A DNA stretch of 64,000 nucleotides from an uncultured Gemmatimonadaceae bacterium (GCA_964619835.1 CAZUFP010000010.1:4561-68560); one strand, 5' to 3'. Counted from the first letter of the stretch, positions 40,145-50,952 are shown. Made by a program: numbers and translations. The notes: generated by a model from the letters alone, not told the origin.

Positions 40145-43102
40145 ATGAGAAGGACCTTCAGCGTAGCCGTGGCTGCGTTGCTGCTGGGGCCGGGAACGGC
40201 GCTGGCGCAGAGCGCGCAGAACGGCACCATAGTCGGGCGGGTCACCGACGCGCAGGGCCAGCCGTTGGCGGCGGCGCAGATCTCGGTGGTCGGCACGAAC
40301 CGAGGCAATCTGACGAATGAGGATGGACGCTTCCTGATCCCGGGGATTCCGGCGGGGGAGTATGAGGTCCAGGCGACGTTGATCGGCTACACGCAGGGCA
40401 CCCAGCACGTGACGGTGTCCGCGGGGCAGACGGCGACGGCGAACTTCTCGTTGAGTCAGACGGCGATCCAGCTGAGTGCGGTGGTGGTGACGGCCACCGG
40501 TCAGCAGCAGACGAAGCGGGAGATGGGCAATTCAGTGGGCGTCATCGACACGAAGGACGTGAACCTGGCGCCGGTGAACAATTTCTCGGACCTGGTCCAG
40601 GGCCGGAGCGCGGGCGTGCAGGTGACGACCAGCAGTGGTGAAGCGGGTGGCGGAGCACGTATCCGCATCCGCGGCTCGAACAGCGTGACGCTGTCGAACT
40701 CGCCGCTGATCGTGATCGACGGTGTTCGCGTGGATGACAACCCGCAGGGTTACGGCCTGTTCACGGGCGGGCAGCAGACGTCGCGTCTGAACGATCTCAA
40801 CCCGCAGGACATCCAGAGCATCCAGATCCTGAAGGGTCCGGCGGCGTCGGCGCTGTACGGAACGGCGGCGGCGAACGGCGTGATCCAGATCACGACGAAG
40901 CATGGCGAGGCGGGGAAGACGGAGTGGCGTGGCTGGTGGGAGAGCGGGCAGATCAACAACACGCTGAACGCTCCGGACAATTACTACGCGGTGGACGCCA
41001 ACGGGAACATGTGTGACCTGCTGGCGCGGGCGGCGGGCTGCACGATTGCCCAGACCTACACCTACAACCCGTTGAAGGCGTCCGGCTACTACCGCAGGGG
41101 CTATCACCAGCTGTACGGGGTGAGCGCGTCGGGTGGCACGTCGCAGGTGACGTACTACGTGTCGGGCGAGCGCACGAACGAGACGGGCGTGACGCCGGAC
41201 AACGGGCTGAATCGGACGAACCTGCGGGCGAACCTGAACGCCGCGCCGAGCGATCAGGTCACGTTGTCGGCGAAGGTTGGTTGGGTGCAGGACCACGTGC
41301 AGCTGCCGCAGGCGGACAACAGTGCGCTGGGTGCGCTGTTGAACGGGCTGCGGGGCTCGCCGTTGCCGTCGAACGTGCAGAACAACGGGGGGTTCCAGAC
41401 GTGGACGCCTTCCGAGTCGGAAGCGTGGAAGCAGTACCAGGACGTGTCCCACTGGACGGCCAGCGGCACGGCGAAATGGGATCCGCTGTCGTGGCTGAGC
41501 CTGAACGGCACGGCGGGGCTCGATGATGTGAGCCGTCTGGACAACGACGTGCTGCCGCCGAACTCGATCCGGTACCTGGGCCCGCCCTTCTCCATCGGGC
41601 TGCGGGAGACGGACAACTTCGGCATCAAGACGTACACGGCGAACGGGAACGTATCGGCGCAGTATGCGCCGATGAACACGCTGCAGACCACCACGTCGGC
41701 GGGTGTGCAGTACAACAAGGACCACAGCCATGAGATCTTCGCGTCGGGCAACGGTCTGACGCCTGGTACGAGCTCTCTGGCGGGCGCGAGCTCCGGTTTC
41801 GACGCCAGTGAGGCCACGGTGGAGAACGTGACGCTGGGCACGTACGTGCAGGAGCAGCTGGCCTGGCGCAACAACGTGTTCCTGAACGCTGCGGTGCGCG
41901 GTGACAAGAACAGCGCGTTCGGCGTGGACATCGGCTGGGTGTGGTACCCGTCCTTCAGCCTGGCCTGGTCGCTGGGCGACGAGCCGTTCTTCCCGAAGGT
42001 CAGCTGGCTGAGCAACCTGCGGTTGCGTACGGCCTACGGGCAGTCGGGTCTGCGGCCGGGGTTCCTGGACGCGCTCCAGTACTACTCGGGCGTGAGCGCG
42101 GTGACGGCGCAGGGCCTGGAGCCGGGCTTCGTCATCTCGGGTGCCGGCAACCCGTCGTTGAAGCCGGAGATCTCCAAGGAGTACGAGCTGGGCGCCGATC
42201 TGGGCTTCCTGAAGGGACGCGCGGCCCTCGATCTGACGTACTACAACAAGAAGTCGAGCAACGCGTTGATCAACCGGCCGCTGGCGCCGTCGCTGGGCGC
42301 GAGCACGTCGCGTTTCGAGAACATCGGCAGTCTGCAGAACAAGGGTCTGGAGCTGTCGCTGAACGGCGGCATCATCCGCACGAAGGCCCTGGACTGGGAA
42401 GCGACGATCACGGGCTCGTACAACAAGAACGAGCTGCTGGTGCTGGGCCAGGGCATTCCGCCCATCGTGGGCGGCTTCGGTGACACGCAGCAGTTCCGTC
42501 CGGGTTATCCGGCGGGTGGGTACTTCGACCGGCCGATCACGTACAAGGACAGCAACGGCGACGGCACCATCTCGCCGAGCGAAGTGACGGTGGGCGACAC
42601 GGCCGCGTACCTGGGTCAGCCGTTCCCCACGCGCAACTACTCGTTCTCGACGGACGTGACGCTGTGGAACCGGGTGCGTCTGAGCGGCCTGCTCAACTAT
42701 GCGGGCGGCCAGAAGCTGTTCGACCGTACCATGGCGAGCCGCTGCACGACGTCGCAGGCGGTGTGTCAGGCGCGCTTCGACCCCAAGGCTCCCCTGTCGG
42801 AGCAGGCGGCCATCGTGGCGTACAACCAGACCGGCACGTACGCCGGCTTCATCGTGCCCGCCACGTACTGGCAGCTGCAGGAAGTGTCCCTGACGTTCGA
42901 CGCCCCCAAGAGCTGGCTCGGACACATACGGGCGAAGGACGTGAGCCTCACGATTTCCGGCCGCAACCTGGCGACCTGGAGCAAGTACCCGGGCTTCAAC
43001 CCGCAGGTGAATTTCGACGGCCAGTCCAACTTCACGACGGCCGACTTCTTCACCCTGCCGCCGGCGCGCTTCTGGACGGCGCGGGTCAACGTGACGTTCT
43101 GA
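40145..43102 (+). CDS. SusC/RagA family TonB-linked outer membrane protein
   Basis: AGGAGG RBS, carboxypeptidase-like N-domain, IRIRG, PLIVIDGV and LNPQDIQSIQILKGPAASALYGTAAANGVIQITTK. Confidence 0.92.
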   Translation: MRRTFSVAVAALLLGPGTALAQSAQNGTIVGRVTDAQGQPLAAAQISVVGTNRGNLTNEDGRFLIPGIPAGEYEVQATLIGYTQGTQHVTVSAGQTATANFSLSQTAIQLSAVVVTATGQQQTKREMGNSVGVIDTKDVNLAPVNNFSDLVQGRSAGVQVTTSSGEAGGGARIRIRGSNSVTLSNSPLIVIDGVRVDDNPQGYGLFTGGQQTSRLNDLNPQDIQSIQILKGPAASALYGTAAANGVIQITTKHGEAGKTEWRGWWESGQINNTLNAPDNYYAVDANGNMCDLLARAAGCTIAQTYTYNPLKASGYYRRGYHQLYGVSASGGTSQVTYYVSGERTNETGVTPDNGLNRTNLRANLNAAPSDQVTLSAKVGWVQDHVQLPQADNSALGALLNGLRGSPLPSNVQNNGGFQTWTPSESEAWKQYQDVSHWTASGTAKWDPLSWLSLNGTAGLDDVSRLDNDVLPPNSIRYLGPPFSIGLRETDNFGIKTYTANGNVSAQYAPMNTLQTTTSAGVQYNKDHSHEIFASGNGLTPGTSSLAGASSGFDASEATVENVTLGTYVQEQLAWRNNVFLNAAVRGDKNSAFGVDIGWVWYPSFSLAWSLGDEPFFPKVSWLSNLRLRTAYGQSGLRPGFLDALQYYSGVSAVTAQGLEPGFVISGAGNPSLKPEISKEYELGADLGFLKGRAALDLTYYNKKSSNALINRPLAPSLGASTSRFENIGSLQNKGLELSLNGGIIRTKALDWEATITGSYNKNELLVLGQGIPPIVGGFGDTQQFRPGYPAGGYFDRPITYKDSNGDGTISPSEVTVGDTAAYLGQPFPTRNYSFSTDVTLWNRVRLSGLLNYAGGQKLFDRTMASRCTTSQAVCQARFDPKAPLSEQAAIVAYNQTGTYAGFIVPATYWQLQEVSLTFDAPKSWLGHIRAKDVSLTISGRNLATWSKYPGFNPQVNFDGQSNFTTADFFTLPPARFWTARVNVTF

Positions 43103-43121
43103 CGCGATGGGAGAGATGACA

Positions 43122-44483
43122 ATGTCAACCAACAGAAAGACCGGAACGGCGCGCGGGCTGGCACGCGCGGTGGCCGTGACGGCGCTCGCCGTCGCGCCCC
43201 TCGCCGCCTGCAACACGAACTCGATCCTGCAGGTGAACGACCCGGACGTGGTCGAGTCGAGCGTCTTCAGTAACCCGTCGAACCTTCAGGCCGTGCGCAA
43301 CGGCGCCATTCGCGAGTTCGAAAGGGCGTACGGCGGAAGGGAGAACACCGACGGCGGGCAGATCCTCTACAGCGGGCTGCTCGGCGACGAGTTCTATGCG
43401 TCGGGCACCTTCACCACGCGCCGCGACATCGATGAGCGGCATATCCTGCAGACCAACGCCTCCAACGAGCAGGCGTACTTCTGGCTGCAGCGTGCACGCA
43501 ACCACGCGGAGCAGGCGGCGGACATCTACGCCGCGGATGACTCGGCCGGAACCGCCGACGACGCCTACATGTTGAACCTCGCCGGGTTCACCTACGTCAT
43601 GTTCGGCGAGAACTACTGCTCCGGCGTGCCTTTCAGCAAGCTGCCGGCGACAGGGCCGGCGGACTACGGCGCGCCGCAGACCACGGAGCAGATTTTCCAG
43701 CGGGCCATCATGCGCTTCGACACGGCCATGGCCATGGCGCAGCTGGCCAACTCCAGCGAGCAGATGAACCTGGCTCGTGTGGGCAAGGCGCGCGCCCTGC
43801 TGGACATGAGTCTGGACAGCGCGGCGGCGGCCGCCGCGGTGGCGGCGCCGGTGCCCACGGACTTCGAGTTCGACATCCTCTACGATGGATCCGTCCAGGA
43901 CACGTGGAATGCCGTCTGGGAGTTCAACAACAGTGAGAAGCGGTGGTCCGTGGCGGACGGAGAGGGCACCAACGGCCTGCCTTACGTGACGGACGGCGAC
44001 CCGCGCACGCCCACGGCGGCGTCGGGCACCGGCTTCAACGGCAACGTGCCGCACTACGATGAGCTGAAGTACCCCGGCTCCGGCTCCGGCATTCCGCTGG
44101 CCACCGGCATCGAGGCCCGGCTCATCGAAGCCGAGGCCGCGCTGAACGCCGGGAACCGTGCGCAGTTCTTCTCCATCAACAACGCGCTGCGCACCACCGT
44201 CAGCCTCCCGAACCTCACGGACACCGGGCAGACGACGGCCCAGCTCGTCACGCTCAATTTCCAGGAACGGGCCTACTGGCTGTGGCTGACGTCGCACCGG
44301 CTCGGGGACATGCGGCGGCTGATCCGTGAGTACGGCCGCAGCGCCGACACGGTGTTCCCCGTCGGGATCAGCCCCAACGGGGCTCCGTTCGGCACGGACG
44401 TGAGCCTGCCGATCCCGTTCGCAGAGCAGAACAACCCCAAGTTCAAGGCGGCCGGCGGCAAGTGCCTCAACACGACCGAGTAG
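43122..44483 (+). CDS. SusD/RagB family lipoprotein
   Basis: Lipobox LAAC directly after susC; EARLIEAEA, ERAYWLWLTSHRLGDMRR and PIPFAEQNNP. Confidence 0.85.
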   Translation: MSTNRKTGTARGLARAVAVTALAVAPLAACNTNSILQVNDPDVVESSVFSNPSNLQAVRNGAIREFERAYGGRENTDGGQILYSGLLGDEFYASGTFTTRRDIDERHILQTNASNEQAYFWLQRARNHAEQAADIYAADDSAGTADDAYMLNLAGFTYVMFGENYCSGVPFSKLPATGPADYGAPQTTEQIFQRAIMRFDTAMAMAQLANSSEQMNLARVGKARALLDMSLDSAAAAAAVAAPVPTDFEFDILYDGSVQDTWNAVWEFNNSEKRWSVADGEGTNGLPYVTDGDPRTPTAASGTGFNGNVPHYDELKYPGSGSGIPLATGIEARLIEAEAALNAGNRAQFFSINNALRTTVSLPNLTDTGQTTAQLVTLNFQERAYWLWLTSHRLGDMRRLIREYGRSADTVFPVGISPNGAPFGTDVSLPIPFAEQNNPKFKAAGGKCLNTTE

Positions 44484-44510
44484 GTCGGTCCGGTCCGACT
44501 TGATGTGATT

Positions 44511-44545
44511 CCGTCCCCCCACGGGCACCGCTCGTGGGGGGACGG
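44511..44545 (+). terminator. 13-bp perfect stem-loop after susD
   Basis: ccgtccccccacg / cgtggggggacgg with a 9-nt loop; no U-tract. Confidence 0.55.
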
Positions 44546-44570
44546 CTGCGTAGGTGGGTGAGGCGACTGC

Positions 44571-44838
44571 CGAATTCGAGTTCGAATTCGAATTCGAGCG
44601 GGAGGTTGGACGCGCTCCGAAGAACGTGGGCCGCTTACCTGGCATGCGGGCGCTGGCCGACCGACGGTGGCCGCCTACACGCCGGACCCGTCCGCCGTTA
44701 AATTCCCCCGCCGGCGGGATCCGGCGGAAAGTGGACCGGTCGCAGATCGAATGTGGCTGCGTCCCGGCAGTGTGGTACCACGCCGGACACAGCCCCACGA
44801 CGAACCTTCACCGAATTCGAACTCGAATTCGAACTCGA
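44571..44838. repeat. Hexamer arrays (CGAATT/CGAGTT/CGAACT) forming a perfect 20-bp inverted repeat around about 220 bp
   Basis: cgaattcgagttcgaattcg 44571-44590 is the reverse complement of cgaattcgaactcgaattcg 44812-44831. Confidence 0.85.
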
Positions 44839-44843
44839 TTTCC

Positions 44844-46529
44844 ATGGCGCTCGACACATCGAAGTTCATCTACGTGATGAAGGACCTGCGCAAGGTGGTT
44901 CCCCCGAAGCGGGAGATCCTGAAGGGAATCTGGCTGTCGTTCTACCCGGGGGCGAAGATCGGCGTGGTGGGTCCCAACGGTTCGGGCAAGAGCACGCTGC
45001 TGCGGATCATGGCCGGTGTGGACGAGGACTTCCAGGGGGAGGCGTGGCCGGCGAAGGGGACGCGGGTGGCGTACCTGCCGCAGGAGCCGGAGCTGGATCC
45101 GTCGCTGGACGTGAAGGGCAACGTGGAGGGCGCGGTGGCGGCACGGCGGGCGGTGCTGCGCCGGTTCGAGGAGATCAACGCGCGTTTCGCCGAGCCCATG
45201 AGCGACGACGCGATGCAGGCGCTGATCGAGGAGCAGGCGTCGGTGCAGGAGCAGATCGACCACCAGGGGCTGTGGGACCTGGACCGGCAGATCGAGGTGG
45301 CGATGGACGCGCTGCGGCTGCCGCCCGCGGACGCGGACGTGACGACGCTGTCGGGGGGTGAAAAGCGTCGTGTGGCACTGTGCCGCGTGCTGCTGGAGCA
45401 GCCGGACATGCTGCTGCTGGACGAGCCGACGAACCACCTGGACGCGGAGTCGGTGGCGTGGCTGGAGCGGCACCTGGCGGAGTTCCAGGGCACGATCGTG
45501 GCCGTGACGCACGACCGTTATTTCCTGGACAACGTGGCGGAGTGGATCCTCGAGCTGGACCGCGGCGAGGGTTACCCATACAAAGGGAACTACTCGTCCT
45601 GGCTGGAGCAGAAGCGGGAGCGGCTGCGGCAGGAGGAGAAGCAGGAGTCGGCGCGCCAGCGGACGCTGTCCCATGAGCTGGAGTGGGTGCGCATGGCGCC
45701 GCGGGCGCGACACGCCAAGGGCAGGGCCCGTGTGAGCCAGTACGAGACGCTGCTGGCGCAGGACCCGCGCGAGAAGGTGCGCACGGCGGAGATCGTGATC
45801 CCGCCGGGCACGCGCCTGGGCCAGGAGGTCATCGTGGCGAAGGGCCTGTCCAAGGGCTACGGCGACCGCCTGCTCATGGACGGCGCGGACTTCGCCGTGC
45901 CGCCGGGCGCCATCGTGGGCATCGTCGGCCCCAACGGCGCCGGCAAGACGACGTTCTTCCGCATGCTGGTGGGCGAGGAAGCGCCGGACACGGGCGAGCT
46001 GCGGGTGGGCGGCACGGTGCAGCTGGCGTACGTGGACCAGAGCCGGGCGGCATTGGACGCGGAAAAGACGGTCTTCCAGGAGATCAGCGGCGGCAAGGAC
46101 GAGGTCGAGGTGGGCCGGGCCAGCGTGAACGCGCGCGCCTACTGCTCCTGGTTCAATTTCTCCGGCGCGGAGCAGCAGAAGAAGGTGGGCGTGCTGAGTG
46201 GCGGGGAGCGCAACCGTGTGCACCTGGCCAAGCTGCTCAAGTCCGGCGGCAACGTGATGCTGCTGGACGAGCCCACGAATGACCTGGACGTGGACACCCT
46301 GCGGGCCCTGGAGGACGCACTGCTGGACTTCGCCGGTTGCGTGCTGGTCGTCTCCCACGACCGGTGGTTCCTGGACCGCATCGCCAGCCATATCCTGGCC
46401 TTCGAGGGCGACAGCCGCGTCTTCTTCTTCGAGGGCAACTACCAGGAATACGAAGCGGACCGGAAGCGGAGGCTGGGCGCCGAAGCGGACCAGCCGCACC
46501 GTATCCGGTACCGGAAGCTGGTGCGGTGA
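44844..46529 (+). CDS. ettA: Energy-dependent translational throttle protein (ABC-F)
   Basis: Start at [37 protein letters not shown], two ABC domains, [12 protein letters not shown] and [13 protein letters not shown]. Confidence 0.93.
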   Translation: MALDTSKFIYVMKDLRKVVPPKREILKGIWLSFYPGAKIGVVGPNGSGKSTLLRIMAGVDEDFQGEAWPAKGTRVAYLPQEPELDPSLDVKGNVEGAVAARRAVLRRFEEINARFAEPMSDDAMQALIEEQASVQEQIDHQGLWDLDRQIEVAMDALRLPPADADVTTLSGGEKRRVALCRVLLEQPDMLLLDEPTNHLDAESVAWLERHLAEFQGTIVAVTHDRYFLDNVAEWILELDRGEGYPYKGNYSSWLEQKRERLRQEEKQESARQRTLSHELEWVRMAPRARHAKGRARVSQYETLLAQDPREKVRTAEIVIPPGTRLGQEVIVAKGLSKGYGDRLLMDGADFAVPPGAIVGIVGPNGAGKTTFFRMLVGEEAPDTGELRVGGTVQLAYVDQSRAALDAEKTVFQEISGGKDEVEVGRASVNARAYCSWFNFSGAEQQKKVGVLSGGERNRVHLAKLLKSGGNVMLLDEPTNDLDVDTLRALEDALLDFAGCVLVVSHDRWFLDRIASHILAFEGDSRVFFFEGNYQEYEADRKRRLGAEADQPHRIRYRKLVR

Positions 46530-46594
46530 TCGGCCGGGACCTGCCGGCGGCCATCTTCATCGCCCTACCGCGCGTGTCCAGCTACTGTTGACGC

Positions 46595-47248
46595 ATGGCG
46601 GATCCGGATTTCGAATCTCTCCTCGATGAATACGCGCCGCTTTCCCCTGCGCCGCTGTGTCCGGAGATCCGCGTTTTCCAGGCCCGGGACCTGACCGAGG
46701 TTTGGGAGGCGGCGGACCGGCTCGCGGGTGAGCCGACCGAGTCTCCGTTCTGGGCCTACGCCTGGCCCGCCGGCGCGGCGCTGGCCCGGGTGGTCCTGGA
46801 CCGGCCGTCGCTCGTCCAGGGCTTGCGGGTCCTGGACATCGGCGCCGGGGGCGGCATCACCGCCCTTGCCGCGGCGAAGGCCGGCGCCTCCCGCGTCGTG
46901 GCCAACGACGAGGACCCGCGGGCGCTGGAGGTCATGCGGCTGGCGGCGGCGCGCCAGGGCCTGCCGGTGGTGCCCGCCCACGGCGACGTCATCGAAAAGC
47001 CCGAGCTGCTGGGGGGCCACGACGTGGTGCTGTGCGCGGACCTGGGCTATGAACGGGATCGCGCGCCCCGGCTGCACGCCCTGCTCCGCGACGCGAGGGC
47101 CGCCGGCACCGCCGTGCTCGTGGCCGACGCGGGCCGGAAGTACTTCGAACCTCTGGGCCTCGAGCCTCTGGCCCGCTTCGTCGTCGACGTGCCCGAGGAC
47201 CTGGAAGGCGTGCGGACGCGGACGGCGGTGGTGTACCGGTTGCCCTGA
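46595..47248 (+). CDS. Class I SAM-dependent protein methyltransferase (PrmA/ETF-beta lysine methyltransferase-like)
   Basis: PFWAYAWPAGAALAR, VLDIGAGGG and ADLGYE. Confidence 0.8.
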   Translation: MADPDFESLLDEYAPLSPAPLCPEIRVFQARDLTEVWEAADRLAGEPTESPFWAYAWPAGAALARVVLDRPSLVQGLRVLDIGAGGGITALAAAKAGASRVVANDEDPRALEVMRLAAARQGLPVVPAHGDVIEKPELLGGHDVVLCADLGYERDRAPRLHALLRDARAAGTAVLVADAGRKYFEPLGLEPLARFVVDVPEDLEGVRTRTAVVYRLP

Positions 47249-47269
47249 CGGCGGATTCGTCAACGACGA

Positions 47270-47758
47270 CTACGAAGACGACTCCGAAGACGCGGTCGCC
47301 GCCGCGATGCACTCGATCTCCACCCGTGCGCCGAGGGCGAGGCCGCTGCCGGCGACGGTGGACCGGGCGGGCGGTGAGTCGCCGAACGCAGCGGCGTAGA
47401 CGTCGTTCATGGCGGCGTAGTCGTTGATGTCGGCCAGGAACACAGTGCATTTGACGACGTCGCCCAGGTCGGCGTGGGCGGCCTGGAGCACGGCGCGCAG
47501 GTTCTGGAGCGCCTGGCGCGTCTGGTCGCCGACATCGGCGGAGACGAGATCGCGGGTGCCGGGCTTGTTGCCGATGGCGCCGGACAGGAAGATCAGGTTG
47601 CCGGTGCGTACGGCGGGGGCGAAGGGCAGCCCCGCGACCACCTGGCCGGCGGGCGCGATGACCTGCCGGTGGGGACCGGTTGCGGGGCCCGGTGGTGGTG
47701 GCGAAGCGCAAGCGACGGCGAGGATGAGAGCCGCGAGCGGTGCACGGGTCGGGCGCAT
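47270..47758 (-). CDS. RidA (YjgF/YER057c/UK114) family protein with lipoprotein signal
   Basis: LIFLSG, DVVKCTVFL, MNDVY, PARST and VEIECIA; N-terminal LAVAC lipobox. Confidence 0.88.
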   Translation of the reverse strand: MRPTRAPLAALILAVACASPPPPGPATGPHRQVIAPAGQVVAGLPFAPAVRTGNLIFLSGAIGNKPGTRDLVSADVGDQTRQALQNLRAVLQAAHADLGDVVKCTVFLADINDYAAMNDVYAAAFGDSPPARSTVAGSGLALGARVEIECIAAATASSESSS

Positions 47759-47871
47759 TGAATGCCTCCTGGGCTGGGTCGGCCGGGCCTGCCGCGCATC
47801 ATGCCGGCCGAGCGTGGCGCCGGCAAGTGGGAAGCCGGACCGGCATGTCTCTTGCCCTGCTCCACCGTATC

Positions 47872-49848
47872 ATGAGCCAGACAAACGGTAAGCCCGGCCC
47901 GATAGATCCCAGGGACCCACACGGAGTGGGCGCCTCCGACAGCGACCGCCAACCCGGCCGGCGCCGGAGCCCCATGGGCAATCCGCGTACGCGGTTCTCC
48001 ATCCTCTACTTCCTTCTCACCATCGTGCTGCTGCTGGGCCTGAACTACGTCATGGGCCGCCCGGACACGTCACGCATCACGTACAGCGAGATGAAGAAGC
48101 GGATCGCGGCGGGCGAGGTCACGAAGGTGACCCTGAACGGAGAGATCATCCAGGCCCAGGTGGCGGATAGCCTGGTGAAGAAGGGGAAGCCGGACACGTG
48201 GACGGCGGTGCGCGTCCAGGGCGACACCGGGTTCATCCCGCTGCTGGAGAGGAAGAACGTCAACTTCCAGGCTGAGACGCAGGGGTGGATGGGCCAGGCG
48301 TTGGTGTGGCTGCTGCCGCTCGGTCTCATGCTCGTGTTCTGGATCTGGCTGCTGCGGCGCATGAACCCGGCGCAGGGCGTGATGCGCGTGGGGAAGAACC
48401 GTGCGCGGATCGTGGGCGTGGAAGGCACGGGTGTGGACTTCGGGGACGTCGCCGGTGCCGATGAGGCGAAGCAGGAGCTGGAAGAGGTCGTGGAGTTCCT
48501 GAAGACGCCCGACAAGTTCCGGCGCCTGGGGGCGAAGATCCCCAAGGGTGTGCTGCTGGTGGGCGCGCCGGGCACGGGCAAGACGCTGCTGGCCCGGGCG
48601 GTGGCCGGCGAGGCCGGGGTGACGTTCTTCTCCATCAACGGCTCGGAGTTCGTGGAGATGTTCGTGGGCGTGGGTGCGTCGCGCGTCCGCGACCTGTTCG
48701 AGCAGGCGAAGGCCAATGCGCCATGCATCGTGTTCATCGACGAGCTGGACGCGCTGGGCAAGGCGCGGGGTATCGGCGGGATGATGGGCGGCAACGACGA
48801 GCGGGAGCAGACGCTGAACCAGCTGCTGGTGGAGATGGACGGCTTCGATCCGCGGACGGGCGTGATCATCATGGCGGCGACGAACCGGCCGGAGATCCTG
48901 GACACGGCGTTGCTGCGGCCGGGCCGCTTCGATCGCCAGGTCGTCGTGGACCGGCCGGACCTGAAGGGCCGGGCGGCGATCCTGCGGGTGCACGCTCAGG
49001 GCAAGCGGCTGGCCCGGGACGTCGACCTCTCCGTGGTGGCGCAGCGTACACCGGGCTTCGTGGGCGCCGACCTGGCGAACCTGCTGAACGAAGCCGCGCT
49101 GCTGGCCGCGCGACGGGAGAAGACGGAAGTCTCCATGTCGGAGATCGACGAAGCGATCGACCGGGTCGTGGCGGGGCTTGAGAAGAAGAACCGGCTCATC
49201 AACGACCGGGAGCGCGAGATCGTGGCGTACCACGAAACGGGGCACGCGGTGGTGGCGGAGCGGGTCGAATACGCGGACCCGGTCCACAAGGTGTCCATCG
49301 TGCCCCGTGGCATCGGCGCGCTGGGCTATACGCAGCAGCTGCCGGAATCGGACCGCTACCTGCTCCAGAAACGGGAGCTGCTGGACCGGTTGGCCGTGCT
49401 CCTGGGCGGGCGCGTGGCGGAAGAGATCGTGTTCGGGGAAGTCTCGACGGGTGCGTCGAACGACCTCGAGCGCGCCAGCGACATCGCGCGCCGCATGGTC
49501 CGGCAGTATGGCATGTCGGAGACCATCGGGCTGGTGACGTACGACCACGAGCGGCGCTCGTTCCTGGACCGGAACGGTCTTGGCGGGCCGCAGCTGCCCG
49601 GCGGCGAGCCGCGGGAGTTCAGCGAAGCCACGGCGGAGACCATCGATCACGAGGTCCGCAAGATCATCGCGTCCGCGCACGACCACGCGGAACGCGTGCT
49701 TCGAGGCGAACGCGCGGCGCTCGACCGGATCGCGCACGCGCTGTTGAAGGACGAGGTGATCGGCCGGGCCGAATTGCGCAGGTTGCTGGACCAGGCGCCG
49801 GAAGGCTCGGACGAGCCGGCGCCGGACATGGAGACGGCCCGGGCCTAG
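47872..49848 (+). CDS. ftsH: ATP-dependent zinc metalloprotease FtsH
   Basis: Two TM helices, [23 protein letters not shown] and HETGH. Start uncertain (47872 or 47973). Confidence 0.93.
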   Translation: MSQTNGKPGPIDPRDPHGVGASDSDRQPGRRRSPMGNPRTRFSILYFLLTIVLLLGLNYVMGRPDTSRITYSEMKKRIAAGEVTKVTLNGEIIQAQVADSLVKKGKPDTWTAVRVQGDTGFIPLLERKNVNFQAETQGWMGQALVWLLPLGLMLVFWIWLLRRMNPAQGVMRVGKNRARIVGVEGTGVDFGDVAGADEAKQELEEVVEFLKTPDKFRRLGAKIPKGVLLVGAPGTGKTLLARAVAGEAGVTFFSINGSEFVEMFVGVGASRVRDLFEQAKANAPCIVFIDELDALGKARGIGGMMGGNDEREQTLNQLLVEMDGFDPRTGVIIMAATNRPEILDTALLRPGRFDRQVVVDRPDLKGRAAILRVHAQGKRLARDVDLSVVAQRTPGFVGADLANLLNEAALLAARREKTEVSMSEIDEAIDRVVAGLEKKNRLINDREREIVAYHETGHAVVAERVEYADPVHKVSIVPRGIGALGYTQQLPESDRYLLQKRELLDRLAVLLGGRVAEEIVFGEVSTGASNDLERASDIARRMVRQYGMSETIGLVTYDHERRSFLDRNGLGGPQLPGGEPREFSEATAETIDHEVRKIIASAHDHAERVLRGERAALDRIAHALLKDEVIGRAELRRLLDQAPEGSDEPAPDMETARA

Positions 49849-49882
49849 GCGGACGCCGCGCCGGGGTGCGCGCGGCGCCCGG

Positions 49883-50305
49883 TCACATGCGCTCGACGTA
49901 CTCCGGTGTCAGAGGCCGGCGTCCGGCGTAGCCGCCGTCCAGCTCGTGCCACCACTCGATCCGGTCCTCGCCGAGCTTCCAGCACAGGCACACCGGGCGG
50001 CCGTCCATCCAGGCGTAGAAGTCCACCAGGCCTTCCTCGAAGCCTTTGAACTGGCAGCCGATCTGGTCCAGCTCCTTGAGGTACCGGTTCAACTCGTCGG
50101 AGTCCCGTTCCAGGGCATCCCGCAACGTCTCCATCTCCTGCTCGAGGGCAGGCGTGGAGTCCTGATCCGCCAGGCCCCGCAGCTCCGATAGCTTGCGCTG
50201 CACGTCCGGGTACATGGTCACGATGTCTTCCACGATCCGGCGCACCAGCGGGAGCGTCCGGTTCGCTTCATCCAGGGTGAAGTACCGCGGGTCGGCGGCG
50301 TTCAT
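49883..50305 (-). CDS. DUF2203 family protein
   Basis: YFTLDEANRTLP, KGFEEGLVDF, LCWKLGE and WH...GYAGRR. Confidence 0.85.
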   Translation of the reverse strand: MNAADPRYFTLDEANRTLPLVRRIVEDIVTMYPDVQRKLSELRGLADQDSTPALEQEMETLRDALERDSDELNRYLKELDQIGCQFKGFEEGLVDFYAWMDGRPVCLCWKLGEDRIEWWHELDGGYAGRRPLTPEYVERM

Positions 50306-50952
50306 GATTCGATGGTCCAGACGCAGGAGACGGCGCCCCGGGTGGCGCAGCGTGTCTCTCGCACCTCCGGCCGGTGGCCGGTGACGCGGAACACGGTTTC
50401 TTCGATCACGGCAGAGTACAGCACACAGGCCGTGCCCGCTTCGCCGCGCAACGTGCCCAGCGAGTCGCGCATCTCCACCGAAAGGCCCCCGGAGACCTTC
50501 AACGTGGCCGGCCCCGCCAGCTGCCGGAGCACCCGCTGCGTCGCCCGGCGGGCGGCCGCCATGCGTGCGCGGCGCGGCAGGGGGAGGCGGCCCAGCAGCC
50601 GCCCGGGCAGGCGCCGGGTCAGCCGTTGCGCTACATCCAACCCGGCCTCCTTCAGGATCGCCGCCGCGTCCGGGCGCCGCAGCACCAGGCGCAGCAGGTG
50701 CGTGATGTCATCCGCGCGGACGGGCCGCCGATGCCGTGCCGCGTCCTGGTAACGCTGGATCTGCGTCTCCACGACACCGGTCAGACCGAGGCGGCGCGGC
50801 AGGCTGGCGGTCAGGTCCTCCTCCTCCAGCACCTCCGTCGGCCGGTCGTGGCGACGCACGGATTCCAGGATCGACAGGGGCAGCTCGGGCGCTATGCCTG
50901 AAGATGCCGAAGGCGGCGTTGCGTCGGATGTTGATGACTCCGGAAGCGTCAT
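50302..50952 (-). CDS. Hypothetical protein with V4R-like C-terminal Cys motif
   Basis: Start at MTLPES; stop overlaps the DUF2203 start (ATGA). C-terminal AC...ETRCATRGAVSCVW. Confidence 0.6.
   Translation of the reverse strand: MTLPESSTSDATPPSASSGIAPELPLSILESVRRHDRPTEVLEEEDLTASLPRRLGLTGVVETQIQRYQDAARHRRPVRADDITHLLRLVLRRPDAAAILKEAGLDVAQRLTRRLPGRLLGRLPLPRRARMAAARRATQRVLRQLAGPATLKVSGGLSVEMRDSLGTLRGEAGTACVLYSAVIEETVFRVTGHRPEVRETRCATRGAVSCVWTIES

Noticed and set aside
44575-44600. tRNA T-loop-like GTTCGAAT
   Set aside because: It is part of a hexamer tandem array; no cloverleaf can be built.
44667-44843. In-frame N-terminal extension of EttA (…[11 protein letters not shown])
   Set aside because: It merely translates the repeat element; EttA homology begins at about 44844.
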